A stretch of DNA of 29,967 nt from assembly GCA_038320275.1 (NCBI GenBank), contig JBBQEB010000028.1:1-29967 (forward strand), given 5' to 3'. The DNA comes from Myxococcales bacterium (GTDB taxonomy: Bacteria > Myxococcota > Myxococcia > Myxococcales > Anaeromyxobacteraceae). The translations under genes were made by a program, and so were the position numbers. Below are positions 9,587 through 16,910 of this stretch, piece by piece (within the stretch, counting starts at the first letter, position 1; each line of letters opens with the position of its first letter). Below the pieces are notes generated by a model. That model had not been told where the DNA came from. It searched no databases and saw only the letters and a program-made list of their open reading frames with translations.

Positions 9587-9892
9587 TTACGACTTCTTGA
9601 AAGCGTCGACCGCGGTGCGCGTCGCGGCGGACACCTGCTTCCGCCACTCGCCGGTCGTGGCACGCACGTCCGCCGCCCACTCCCCCGAGATCTTGCCGGC
9701 GAGCGCGAGCTTCTCGCGCGCGACCTGGACCGCGCTTCGCACGTCCTGCTTCATCGACTCAGCCTTGTTCGCGCCGTCCGCCCTGATCTTCTTCGCCTCG
9801 GCGACGGCGTCGTCGACGTGTCCCGCCTGCTCGACGATGGCCTTCTCCGCTGCGTCCGCAACTCGCTTCACCTGCTTCGTGACCTCACCCAT
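9587..9892 (-). CDS. Small Ala/Lys-rich amphipathic helical hypothetical protein (101 aa)
   Basis: GGGAGAGG SD before ATG 9892; no Pro or Cys; LEA/phasin-like composition. Confidence 0.65.
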   Translation of the reverse strand: MGEVTKQVKRVADAAEKAIVEQAGHVDDAVAEAKKIRADGANKAESMKQDVRSAVQVAREKLALAGKISGEWAADVRATTGEWRKQVSAATRTAVDAFKKS

Positions 9893-10015
9893 GGTTGCCT
9901 CTCCCGCGAGCCCAAATGACCCGCTGTCGTGTTCGCTGAAAGCGTATAACGCGGCGCGTCGTCAGAAGCTCGGGAAACATGGTCGTCTCGGACCCGGTGT
10001 CGCGCGGAGGGCTGC

Positions 10016-10672
10016 ATGTTCCTGAAGGAGATCTGGCGCCATCCTGTGAAGTCGATGGCCGGCGAGCGACTCACCGAGGTCGCCCTCGGGGAGCACGGCG
10101 TCCTGGGTGACCGGCTGGTCCAGGTTCACAACGCGCGCGGGCGACTCGTCACGGCGCGCATACTGCCGAAGCTGCTCGGCCTGCACGGCACCCTCGGTCC
10201 GGACGGCGCCCCGCTCGTCGAGGGGCTCCCGTGGCGCGATGCCGTGGTCGGAAAAGCAGTGGAGCAGGCGGCTGGCCCGGGCGCCCGTCTCGTCGCCGCA
10301 GAGCCCGCCCAACGCTTCGACGTGCTCCCCTTGCTCGTCGCCACCGATGGGGCCATCGCGGCGCTCGCCGTACACCCGCGCCGGTTTCGCGCGAACCTCC
10401 TCGTGGGCGACGTCGAGGGGCTCGATGAGCGCGCGTGGGAGGGCCGCGTGCTGGCCGTCGGGGACGAGTGCCTCATCGCGGTCCGCCAGCTTCGCCGCAG
10501 GTGCGTCATGACCACCTTCGACCCCGAGACGCTCGCGCAGGACCACACCATCCTTCGCCGCATCTACGAGGAGTTTGACGGTGTACTCGGCCTCGACTGC
10601 TACGTGCTCCGAGGAGGGACGCTGCGCGTGCGTGATCCGGTGACGCTCCTGGACGAAGAGGAGGCAGCCTGA
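10016..10672 (+). CDS. MOSC domain protein (MOSC_N + MOSC)
   Basis: IWRHPVKSMAGE, GDR, RRFRANLLV, RCVMTT (conserved Cys), VLRGGTLRVRDPV; GGAGGG SD. Confidence 0.9.
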   Translation: MFLKEIWRHPVKSMAGERLTEVALGEHGVLGDRLVQVHNARGRLVTARILPKLLGLHGTLGPDGAPLVEGLPWRDAVVGKAVEQAAGPGARLVAAEPAQRFDVLPLLVATDGAIAALAVHPRRFRANLLVGDVEGLDERAWEGRVLAVGDECLIAVRQLRRRCVMTTFDPETLAQDHTILRRIYEEFDGVLGLDCYVLRGGTLRVRDPVTLLDEEEAA

Positions 10673-10749
10673 CGCGCGTTGCGGCGTCGCCGTGGTTCAT
10701 CGAACCCCTCCGGCGCCTGGATCTCCGCGGGCACCGCAGCGGTGCTGCT

Positions 10750-11679
10750 TCACCGGGTGGGCAGCCGACCGTAGGCCACGCCCGCGATCGGCTCGTCGAG
10801 GATGGCCTGCTTCAGCGCGTCGAGCGGCGTGAGGCACAGGAGCATGGCCTTGCGCTCCTCGCCCATGGACTGGGCCAGGGAGCGAACGTTGGTGTTCTCG
10901 CGAGAGAGCGCCAGGATCTGGGCCTTGATCTCGCCATAGCGGGCGTAGCTCGACGAGACCGCAGCGAGGTTGGCGTCTCCCGGGTACGCGGCCGTCCGCG
11001 CCAGGCCGTCGAGATCCTCCTGGACCTGCTGCTCTTGCTCCCGCATCGTCGCTTCCAGCCGATCCATCTTGGGATCGCTCGCCTCCGCGATGTGGGGCGC
11101 GAGCAGGGCGTGGACGCGCAGGACTCCTATCCGCGCGCCGTTCGCGAGGTTCACCTTCCGTCGGCCCTCGGGCGAGTCGGGGCTCCTCGCGACCAGCCGC
11201 GCGAGGGCAGCGTCCAGCTCCGCCAGTGTATCCGCCGCGGGCCCGAACAGGAGGCCGTAAGCCTTGAGGTTGGTGTTCTTCACCGCGAGGCGCAGCACCT
11301 CGTCGTCGATCCGCCGGAGCTCGACGAGGGCGTCGGAGAACTGCCCGAAGAGCTCGCGCTCCCGCTGCGTGCCGTCGCTCCCGAGGAGCCTCGTGAGCTC
11401 CTCGCGTTCCCGCTCCAGCTCCGAGGTTACCGCGCGGGCCTGCACCGCGAACGCCCGGGAGTCCTCGTCGGTGACCGCGAGGACGGCGCCCATCTGGGCT
11501 TCCGAGGCCGCGGCGAGCGCGAGCTGCATCCGCGCCACGAGGTCGACGCGCGTTGCCTTCACCGCGAGCTGCCGCGACGAATCCGGGTGGAAGCGTACGA
11601 GGAACAGCATCAGCACGGCGAGGATCACCACGCCCGCGGCCATCCAGCGGAGATCCTGCTTGCTCGGTCCGTTCTTCAT
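10750..11679 (-). CDS. Membrane-anchored extracytoplasmic helical-bundle protein resembling a chemoreceptor ligand-binding region, with no signalling domain
   Basis: One N-terminal TM (WMAAGVVILAVLMLFLV) followed by about 270 aa of all-helical sequence; repeated NTN motif (AVKNTNLKA, SRENTNVRS); no second TM, HAMP or MCP signalling domain. Confidence 0.75.
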   Translation of the reverse strand: MKNGPSKQDLRWMAAGVVILAVLMLFLVRFHPDSSRQLAVKATRVDLVARMQLALAAASEAQMGAVLAVTDEDSRAFAVQARAVTSELEREREELTRLLGSDGTQRERELFGQFSDALVELRRIDDEVLRLAVKNTNLKAYGLLFGPAADTLAELDAALARLVARSPDSPEGRRKVNLANGARIGVLRVHALLAPHIAEASDPKMDRLEATMREQEQQVQEDLDGLARTAAYPGDANLAAVSSSYARYGEIKAQILALSRENTNVRSLAQSMGEERKAMLLCLTPLDALKQAILDEPIAGVAYGRLPTR

Positions 11680-11924
11680 GTCCCATCACCAGCGTGGTCG
11701 CGACGCGTCGTGGAATGCGCGCGAGCCGCCCCCGTGAAGATCTCGCGGCACCGGAGTCGCGCGGCGCCACGGCGAACGAGCCCACGAGGTCCGTCAGCCT
11801 TTCCCCTGGCCTTCACCTCGCCGTACCGGGTCACGAGGACGTCCCCGAGCGTGCACGGGTCGACCGCGCCGCCGACGCTCAGGTCGCGCATCAGGACACC
11901 CGGCGGCTGGATGGGAAAGAGCAC
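11676..11924 (-). CDS. Small hypothetical protein (up to 82 aa), probably coupled to the helical-bundle gene
   Basis: ATGA overlap (its TGA with ATG 11679); high-GC3 codons over MRDLSVGGAVDPCTLGDVLVTRYGEVKA; the C-terminal half looks less coding-like. Confidence 0.4.
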   Translation of the reverse strand: MLFPIQPPGVLMRDLSVGGAVDPCTLGDVLVTRYGEVKARGKADGPRGLVRRGAARLRCREIFTGAARAHSTTRRDHAGDGT

Positions 11925-12182
11925 GCTTCACAACGGAGCACTTTCCGAGCCATCTCGCCGGTAATACGCAGGCAAGCACTCCACAGCGCAGGCCTCACAA
12001 TTCGCTGCCTCGGCGTGTCCCCAAGCGTGCAAAGTGCAACGGGCGGACTGCCCGGGTGGGCGATCGACGCCGCCGAGCGCTTCGGCCAGGCGCACGCGCC
12101 GATCATGTGGGGTCCTACCAAGGGTCTTGATTCCCATTCCCGCCGCCGGTAGGGCGGTGGGGGAGACGCCGGGGCCTCACCT

Positions 12183-12197
12183 TGGCATCGAAGACGC
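12183..12197 (+). promoter_or_regulatory. Possible sigma-54 (-24/-12) promoter upstream of the KaiC-like cassette
   Basis: TGGCATCGAAGACGC: TGGCA with exact GG-N10-GC spacing, about 100 nt before ATG 12301; the -12 element lacks TT. Confidence 0.3.
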
Positions 12198-12300
12198 CAG
12201 TGGATGACAAGCGAAGCACATCCAGCAGCCGAGTTGCCGGCGCGTGTACACTTGGCCACGAGAGGCTCTCCTTTTGGTCGCGCTCCGGACGGGGCCGCGG

Positions 12301-12741
12301 ATGATGAACCGCGCCGCTCCAAAGGCAGTCAAGCTTGCCGAGCACCTCCTTCGTCTCGAAACCGTTGCCGGCAAACGCGCCGCCGGCAGTGGGACTGCGG
12401 CGTCCCGCGCCTCTGAAAAGCTCCGTCGTCTTCTGAGCGCATTCCTGGGATCCGCCGGTTTTCGGGCGCTCCTCGCTCGCGCGCTGACCCTGACCAAGGC
12501 CGAAGTTCCCGGCATGAGCGCGGTGCAGGTCAAGGCGGATGGGTCTTTAGAGGGTCGGAGCGAGGTCGAACCACAATCGCACAGCGGCGAGAGTGCCAAC
12601 GGAGAAGTCATTCTTCTCGCCTATGTACTCGGGCTGCTGGTTGTTTTTGTCGGAGAAGCTATCGTGCTGCGTCTCTTGCAGGATGCTTGGCCGAAGGCGA
12701 CCCTCGACCATCTTGATTTCGCTGAAGGAGAAAGCCCGTGA
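12301..12741 (+). CDS. Hypothetical helical protein (146 aa), first gene of the KaiC-like cassette
   Basis: ATG ATG at 12301; stop overlaps the KaiC-like GTG (GTGA); internal pseudo-repeat LLxxFxGxAxxxxLLxxA. Confidence 0.8.
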   Translation: MMNRAAPKAVKLAEHLLRLETVAGKRAAGSGTAASRASEKLRRLLSAFLGSAGFRALLARALTLTKAEVPGMSAVQVKADGSLEGRSEVEPQSHSGESANGEVILLAYVLGLLVVFVGEAIVLRLLQDAWPKATLDHLDFAEGESP

Positions 12742-14303
12742 GCAAAGGGAAGAAAGTCCCCGTTCGCCAGCCGCCGAAACAGGTGAGCCAGCCGGCCAAG
12801 GTGTCCATCCGCCAGTTGCCGACTGGCGTGCGCGGCCTCGACGAGATCTTGGGAGGCGGGCTGCCGGAATTCTCCTTCAACATCATCGCGGGCGCGCCCG
12901 GTTGCGGCAAGACCACGCTCGCCCATCAGATCCTCTTCGCCAATGCGACCCCGCAGAATACCGCGCTCTATTTCACCGTGCTCGGCGAGCCCGCCCTGAA
13001 AATGTTGCGCTACCAGCAGCAATACTCCTTCTTCGAACCGGCCAAATTGAACACGGCCATACGTTTCGTCAACTTGAGCGAAGTGGTATTGGAGAAAGAT
13101 CTCGGCGGGGTGCTGGATGAAATCATGGGAGAAGTGCAGGCGTCCAGCCCCAGTCTCGTCGTGGTGGACTCCTTCCGCAGCGTGGCGCGCAAGTCGATGG
13201 GAGGGGAGCACGAAACGGCCCTGCAAGGCTTCGTCCAACGCCTGGCCGTGTTCCTGACCAGTTGGCAAGCCACGACGTTTTTGATCGGCGAATATGCCGG
13301 CGTCGAGATGGAGGGAAACCCCGTATTCACCGTGGCCGACGGCCTTTTCTGGCTGACCCAAAACACGGAGCGAAATTCGGTCGTGCGGAAGTTGCAGATC
13401 GTGAAGCTCCGCGGGCAGGCCTCGGTGCCGGGGTTGCACACGGTTCGCATCGACAATGACGGGCTGCAAACGTTTTCGCGCACGATGGGAATGGTCGATC
13501 AAAGGAAGGAAAGACCGCTCAGAGGGCGACGCCTTTCCGTCGGTATTCCCGAACTGGACACGATGCTGGGCGGCGGGATCATCGAAGGCGACAGCGTGCT
13601 GGTGTCCGGACCTTCGGGAACGGGCAAATCGGCGCTGGCGACCCAGTTTCTGGCCGAAGGTCTGCGCAACGGAGAACCGGGAATCGCAGCAATCTTCGAG
13701 GAACGCCCGGAGGGCTACGTGGCGCGGGCCCGCGGGTTTGGTTTGGACCTGGCTTCGCCGCAAAAAACCGGCCAGCTCGAGATCCTCTACCTGCGTCCGC
13801 TGGACCTCTCGGTGGACGAAACGATGCAGGCCATTCTCGACACGGTGACAAAGGTCAAGGCCAAGCGGCTGGTGATCGATTCGCTCGTCGGCTTCGAGAT
13901 GGCCTTGGCGCCCAGTTTCCGGGTGGACTTTCGTGAATCGCTCTACCGCATGATCGCGGCGTTGACCGGAGCGGGGGTGACGATCGTCACCACGGTCGAG
14001 ATCGAGGATTCATTCACCTCGTTCGAGTTCAGCCATTACACCATTTCGTTTCTGACCGACGACATCCTTCGGCTGCGTTATGTGGAAATTGACGGCCAGA
14101 TCCGCAAGGTGATCGTGGTGGTCAAGATGCGCGGCGGCAACCATAGCAAGGACATCCGGGAATATATCATCGGTGACAAGGGTATGGTCGTCATCGGTCC
14201 GCGCCACACGGACTACGCGCAATTGACCACCGGGATTCCGGGTCGCGTCGGCCAGGTGCCGAGCGAAACCCCTCCGGAACCGAAAGCAAGACCCAAACGG
14301 TGA
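12738..14303 (+). CDS. Double-domain KaiC-like RecA-superfamily ATPase (521 aa)
   Basis: CI: TGVRGLDEILGGG, GAPGCGKT, VVVDS, VKLRG. CII: GIPELDTMLGGG, GPSGTGKS, IFEERP, LVIDSL, ISFLTDDILRLRYVEIDG, KMRGGNHSKDIREY. SD GAAGGAG precedes the GTG. Confidence 0.93.
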   Translation: MSKGKKVPVRQPPKQVSQPAKVSIRQLPTGVRGLDEILGGGLPEFSFNIIAGAPGCGKTTLAHQILFANATPQNTALYFTVLGEPALKMLRYQQQYSFFEPAKLNTAIRFVNLSEVVLEKDLGGVLDEIMGEVQASSPSLVVVDSFRSVARKSMGGEHETALQGFVQRLAVFLTSWQATTFLIGEYAGVEMEGNPVFTVADGLFWLTQNTERNSVVRKLQIVKLRGQASVPGLHTVRIDNDGLQTFSRTMGMVDQRKERPLRGRRLSVGIPELDTMLGGGIIEGDSVLVSGPSGTGKSALATQFLAEGLRNGEPGIAAIFEERPEGYVARARGFGLDLASPQKTGQLEILYLRPLDLSVDETMQAILDTVTKVKAKRLVIDSLVGFEMALAPSFRVDFRESLYRMIAALTGAGVTIVTTVEIEDSFTSFEFSHYTISFLTDDILRLRYVEIDGQIRKVIVVVKMRGGNHSKDIREYIIGDKGMVVIGPRHTDYAQLTTGIPGRVGQVPSETPPEPKARPKR

Positions 14304-15577
14304 ACCTGAAACGGAGCTTCATGGCTGAGGAACGCATACCAGAAAGGAGAGACCCACCGTCGGTCCCGCACGGTTGGTCCGCGGTCATCGACCGCGCGCC
14401 CCTGCCCACGCTCGAGGTGCAGGGGCGCACGCACATCTTGTCCTGGGTGAACGCCGCCTTTTGCCTCCTGCTGGGGAAGAACCGAGGGGAACTGATCGGG
14501 AAAAGCTTCGCCGAGATATTGCCCGAGGAAGACCACTGCGTGCCGCTCCTGGACAGCGTTTACCAAACGGGAGAGGCCGTCACCCATGCGCACGAGGGCA
14601 ACTCCGAATTCGGTCCTGCATCCTGGCTGTATGCAATGTGGCCGGCGTTGGGTCCCGACGACCGTCCGGCGGGGATCATCATCCAATTGGCGAACGTCGC
14701 CCACTTTCATAAGAACGTCACCGCGATCAACGAGGCCTTGCTGATCGCCGGATTGCGCCAGCATGAGCTCACGGAAGCGGCACAGAAGCTGAACGCGCAA
14801 TTGCAGAAAGAGATCGCCGGCCGCGAGCAGGCGCAAGACGGCTTGAGAGAGGCGCTCGCGCAGGCGCAGAGAGCCACAAACGTCCGTGACAACCTCCTCG
14901 CGGTCGTTTCCCACGATCTCAGGAGTCCGCTGGCCGTCGTCCTCATGAACGTCGATGTGATGTCGAGGCCTTCGGAAAGTGGCGACCGCAGGAAGTCGAA
15001 GAAGCAGATCGAGAGCATCAAACGGGCTGCCGATCGCATGAACCATCTCATTCAGGACTTGCTCGACACCGCAAGTATCGACGCGGGAAAGCTGGTGGTC
15101 GAGCAGCGCCGAGTCGCGGTGGCTCCGCTCGTCGCCGAGGCGATCGACGCGATGGAGCCGCTCGCGGCGAGCCGATCGCTGCACATCAAGGGCGAGCTTC
15201 CATCTGACCTTCCCCCGATCTTTGCTGACGCCGGTCGGCTTCTGCAAGTCTTCGCGAACCTCCTGGGCAATGCGATCAAGTTTGCGCCCGTGGATGGCAC
15301 GATCACCGTTCGTGCAGTCACGGTCGAAGAGGGCGTCCAGTTCTCGGTGTCCGATACCGGCTCGGGAATTCCCTTGGAGGACCAGGCCCATCTCTTCGAA
15401 CGTTTCTGGCAAGCCCGAACGACGGCCCGGCAGGGCACCGGGCTCGGGTTGCACATCGTGAAAGGAATCGTGGCAGGGCACGGCGGTCGGATCTGGGTCG
15501 ATAGTGCAGCCGGAACGGGCAGCACTTTCACCTTCACGCTGCCCCTTGCGCCGCCGCTGGTGCCGCCAGAACCGTGA
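14300..15577 (+). CDS. Soluble PAS-domain sensor histidine kinase (PAS - coiled coil - HisKA - HATPase); alternative start ATG 14321
   Basis: PAS: WVNAAFCLLLG...LIGKSFAEILP; H-box VSHDLRSPL; N-box ANLLGNAIKF; G1 DTGSGI; F-box LFERF; G2 GTGLGL; no TM; GTGA overlap with the KaiC-like stop. Confidence 0.93.
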   Translation: MNLKRSFMAEERIPERRDPPSVPHGWSAVIDRAPLPTLEVQGRTHILSWVNAAFCLLLGKNRGELIGKSFAEILPEEDHCVPLLDSVYQTGEAVTHAHEGNSEFGPASWLYAMWPALGPDDRPAGIIIQLANVAHFHKNVTAINEALLIAGLRQHELTEAAQKLNAQLQKEIAGREQAQDGLREALAQAQRATNVRDNLLAVVSHDLRSPLAVVLMNVDVMSRPSESGDRRKSKKQIESIKRAADRMNHLIQDLLDTASIDAGKLVVEQRRVAVAPLVAEAIDAMEPLAASRSLHIKGELPSDLPPIFADAGRLLQVFANLLGNAIKFAPVDGTITVRAVTVEEGVQFSVSDTGSGIPLEDQAHLFERFWQARTTARQGTGLGLHIVKGIVAGHGGRIWVDSAAGTGSTFTFTLPLAPPLVPPEP

Positions 15578-15709
15578 AGAACCATGTACGCGGGTGCGGC
15601 GGCGTGCGCGTGCTCCTCCGGAGCGTTACTCTCCATGAAGCGCGTGGCATCTCGCCCGCGTTTCACAGTCCCGCCGGGAGCGACCAGCCCTGGCGACGGG
15701 AGAGCAGCA

Positions 15710-16177
15710 ATGTTCCCACACACGATGGGTCGGTGGTGGTTCGCTCACAAGCGCGATTGCGGTCCTGGTTTCATGCAAGGTGGACCTCCCTTCGGCATGC
15801 ACGGCGGCGGTGGCAGCGGCGGTGGTGACGACGGCGGCGCCTTCGGCGTCCGGCGCCCGCTCCGCTACCTGGCCCACCGGCTGTCGCTCGACGAGCGGCA
15901 GACGGCCGAGGTGGCTCGCATCATGGACGAGCTCAAGACCGAGCGCGCCCAGGTGGCCGTCGACGAGCGCCGGACGGTGTCGGCGTTCGCCGACGCGCTC
16001 GAGGCGGAGTCCCTGGACCCCGCGAAGCTCGACGAGGCGGCTGCCTCGCGCGTGCGCAGCTCCGACCGGCTCAAGAACGCCGTCGTGAAGGCGCTCGGCA
16101 GGGTCCACGCGCTGCTCGATCCCGAGCAGCGCAAGCAGTTCGCGTTCCTCGTCCGGACGGGCGCGGTTCAGTTTTAG
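15710..16177 (+). CDS. Spy/CpxP/ZraP-like (LTxxQ-type) helical protein
   Basis: GGGAGAG SD before ATG 15710; two LTxxQ-like motifs (LSLDERQ, LLDPEQR); Gly-rich N-terminal region. Confidence 0.75.
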   Translation: MFPHTMGRWWFAHKRDCGPGFMQGGPPFGMHGGGGSGGGDDGGAFGVRRPLRYLAHRLSLDERQTAEVARIMDELKTERAQVAVDERRTVSAFADALEAESLDPAKLDEAAASRVRSSDRLKNAVVKALGRVHALLDPEQRKQFAFLVRTGAVQF

Positions 16178-16192
16178 ACGTCGCTTCACGGC

Positions 16193-16221
16193 CGCGGCGG
16201 GGGCACAGCGTCCCCGCCGCG
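16193..16221. terminator. GC-rich hairpin between convergent genes
   Basis: CGCGGCGGGGG (16193-16203) pairs with TCCCCGCCGCG (16211-16221), 7-nt loop; no clear U-tract. Confidence 0.5.
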
Positions 16222-16240
16222 CGCACACTCTCGTCCTATG

Positions 16241-16690
16241 TCACGCCTTCTGCTGGCGATCGATCTCCGCCCGCAGGCGCTCTTCCTGAGCCCTCAGCTT
16301 GGGGGTGAGCTCCGGGCCGAAGTCCTCGGCCTCCATGATCCCGCGGATCTCGATGACCGAATCCTCACCCGGCATCGGATCGGGGCAGCGCCGCACCCAT
16401 TGAACGGCCTCCTCCATCGACGCGACGCGCCAGAGCCAGAAGCCGGCGACGAGCTCCTCCGTTTCCGGGAAGGGTCCGTCGATGACGGTGCTCTGCCCGC
16501 CCGCGAACCGCACGCGCTTGCCCTTCGAGCTGGGGTGGAGCCCCTCCCCGTCCAGGATGATCCCGGCCTTCGCCAGTTCCTCGTTGAACTGGCCCATGGC
16601 GGCGAGCGACTTCTCCATGGCCGCCTTGTCCCCGGACATCATCCCCGCCTCGGACTTCTTCGTCGCCTTGACGATCACCATGACGCGCAT
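16241..16690 (-). CDS. YciI-family (DGPF-motif) protein
   Basis: MRVMVIVKAT..SEAG, GEGLHPSSKG.RV, IDGPFPETEELVAGFW, SMEEAVQWVRRCP, IEIR; GAGGAG SD. Confidence 0.9.
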   Translation of the reverse strand: MRVMVIVKATKKSEAGMMSGDKAAMEKSLAAMGQFNEELAKAGIILDGEGLHPSSKGKRVRFAGGQSTVIDGPFPETEELVAGFWLWRVASMEEAVQWVRRCPDPMPGEDSVIEIRGIMEAEDFGPELTPKLRAQEERLRAEIDRQQKA

Positions 16691-16732
16691 CGTGGGGTCT
16701 CCTCGTTGGGAATGGCGCGGCGCCGGCTGCGC

Positions 16733-16747
16733 GCGCCTCGCGTGCCA
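16733..16747 (-). promoter_or_regulatory. Candidate sigma-54 promoter for the yciI-like gene
   Basis: Minus strand TGGCACG-CGAG-GCGC: consensus -24 element with GG-N10-GC spacing, about 42 nt upstream of ATG 16690. Confidence 0.45.
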
Positions 16748-16910
16748 TGGAGTGACGGCGTGCCGGCGAAGAAATCATCGGCGTCTGCGATGCCCCGACC
16801 CGAGAAGGTGCACTGCCACCGGCGTGGGTGAGTCCGGCGGCTACCGTGCCGAACTGGTTCAAGCGACTGAACCAGGCCGCCCGGGCGGGCAGCATCACCC
16901 GACGCCGACG

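Noticed and set aside
12120..12147. tRNA or tmRNA 3'-end-like att remnant (GGGTCTTGATTCCC...CCCGCCGCC) near the island edge
   Set aside because: The loop is 8 nt and lacks TTCGA, there is no CCA, no second copy was seen at the other boundary, and no integrase is present.
12738..14303. Calling this a circadian clock gene kaiC, or radA/recA
   Set aside because: No kaiA or kaiB nearby and the T432 equivalent is Phe; the tandem KaiC-type domains and lack of a Zn finger or Lon-like domain exclude RadA/Sms.
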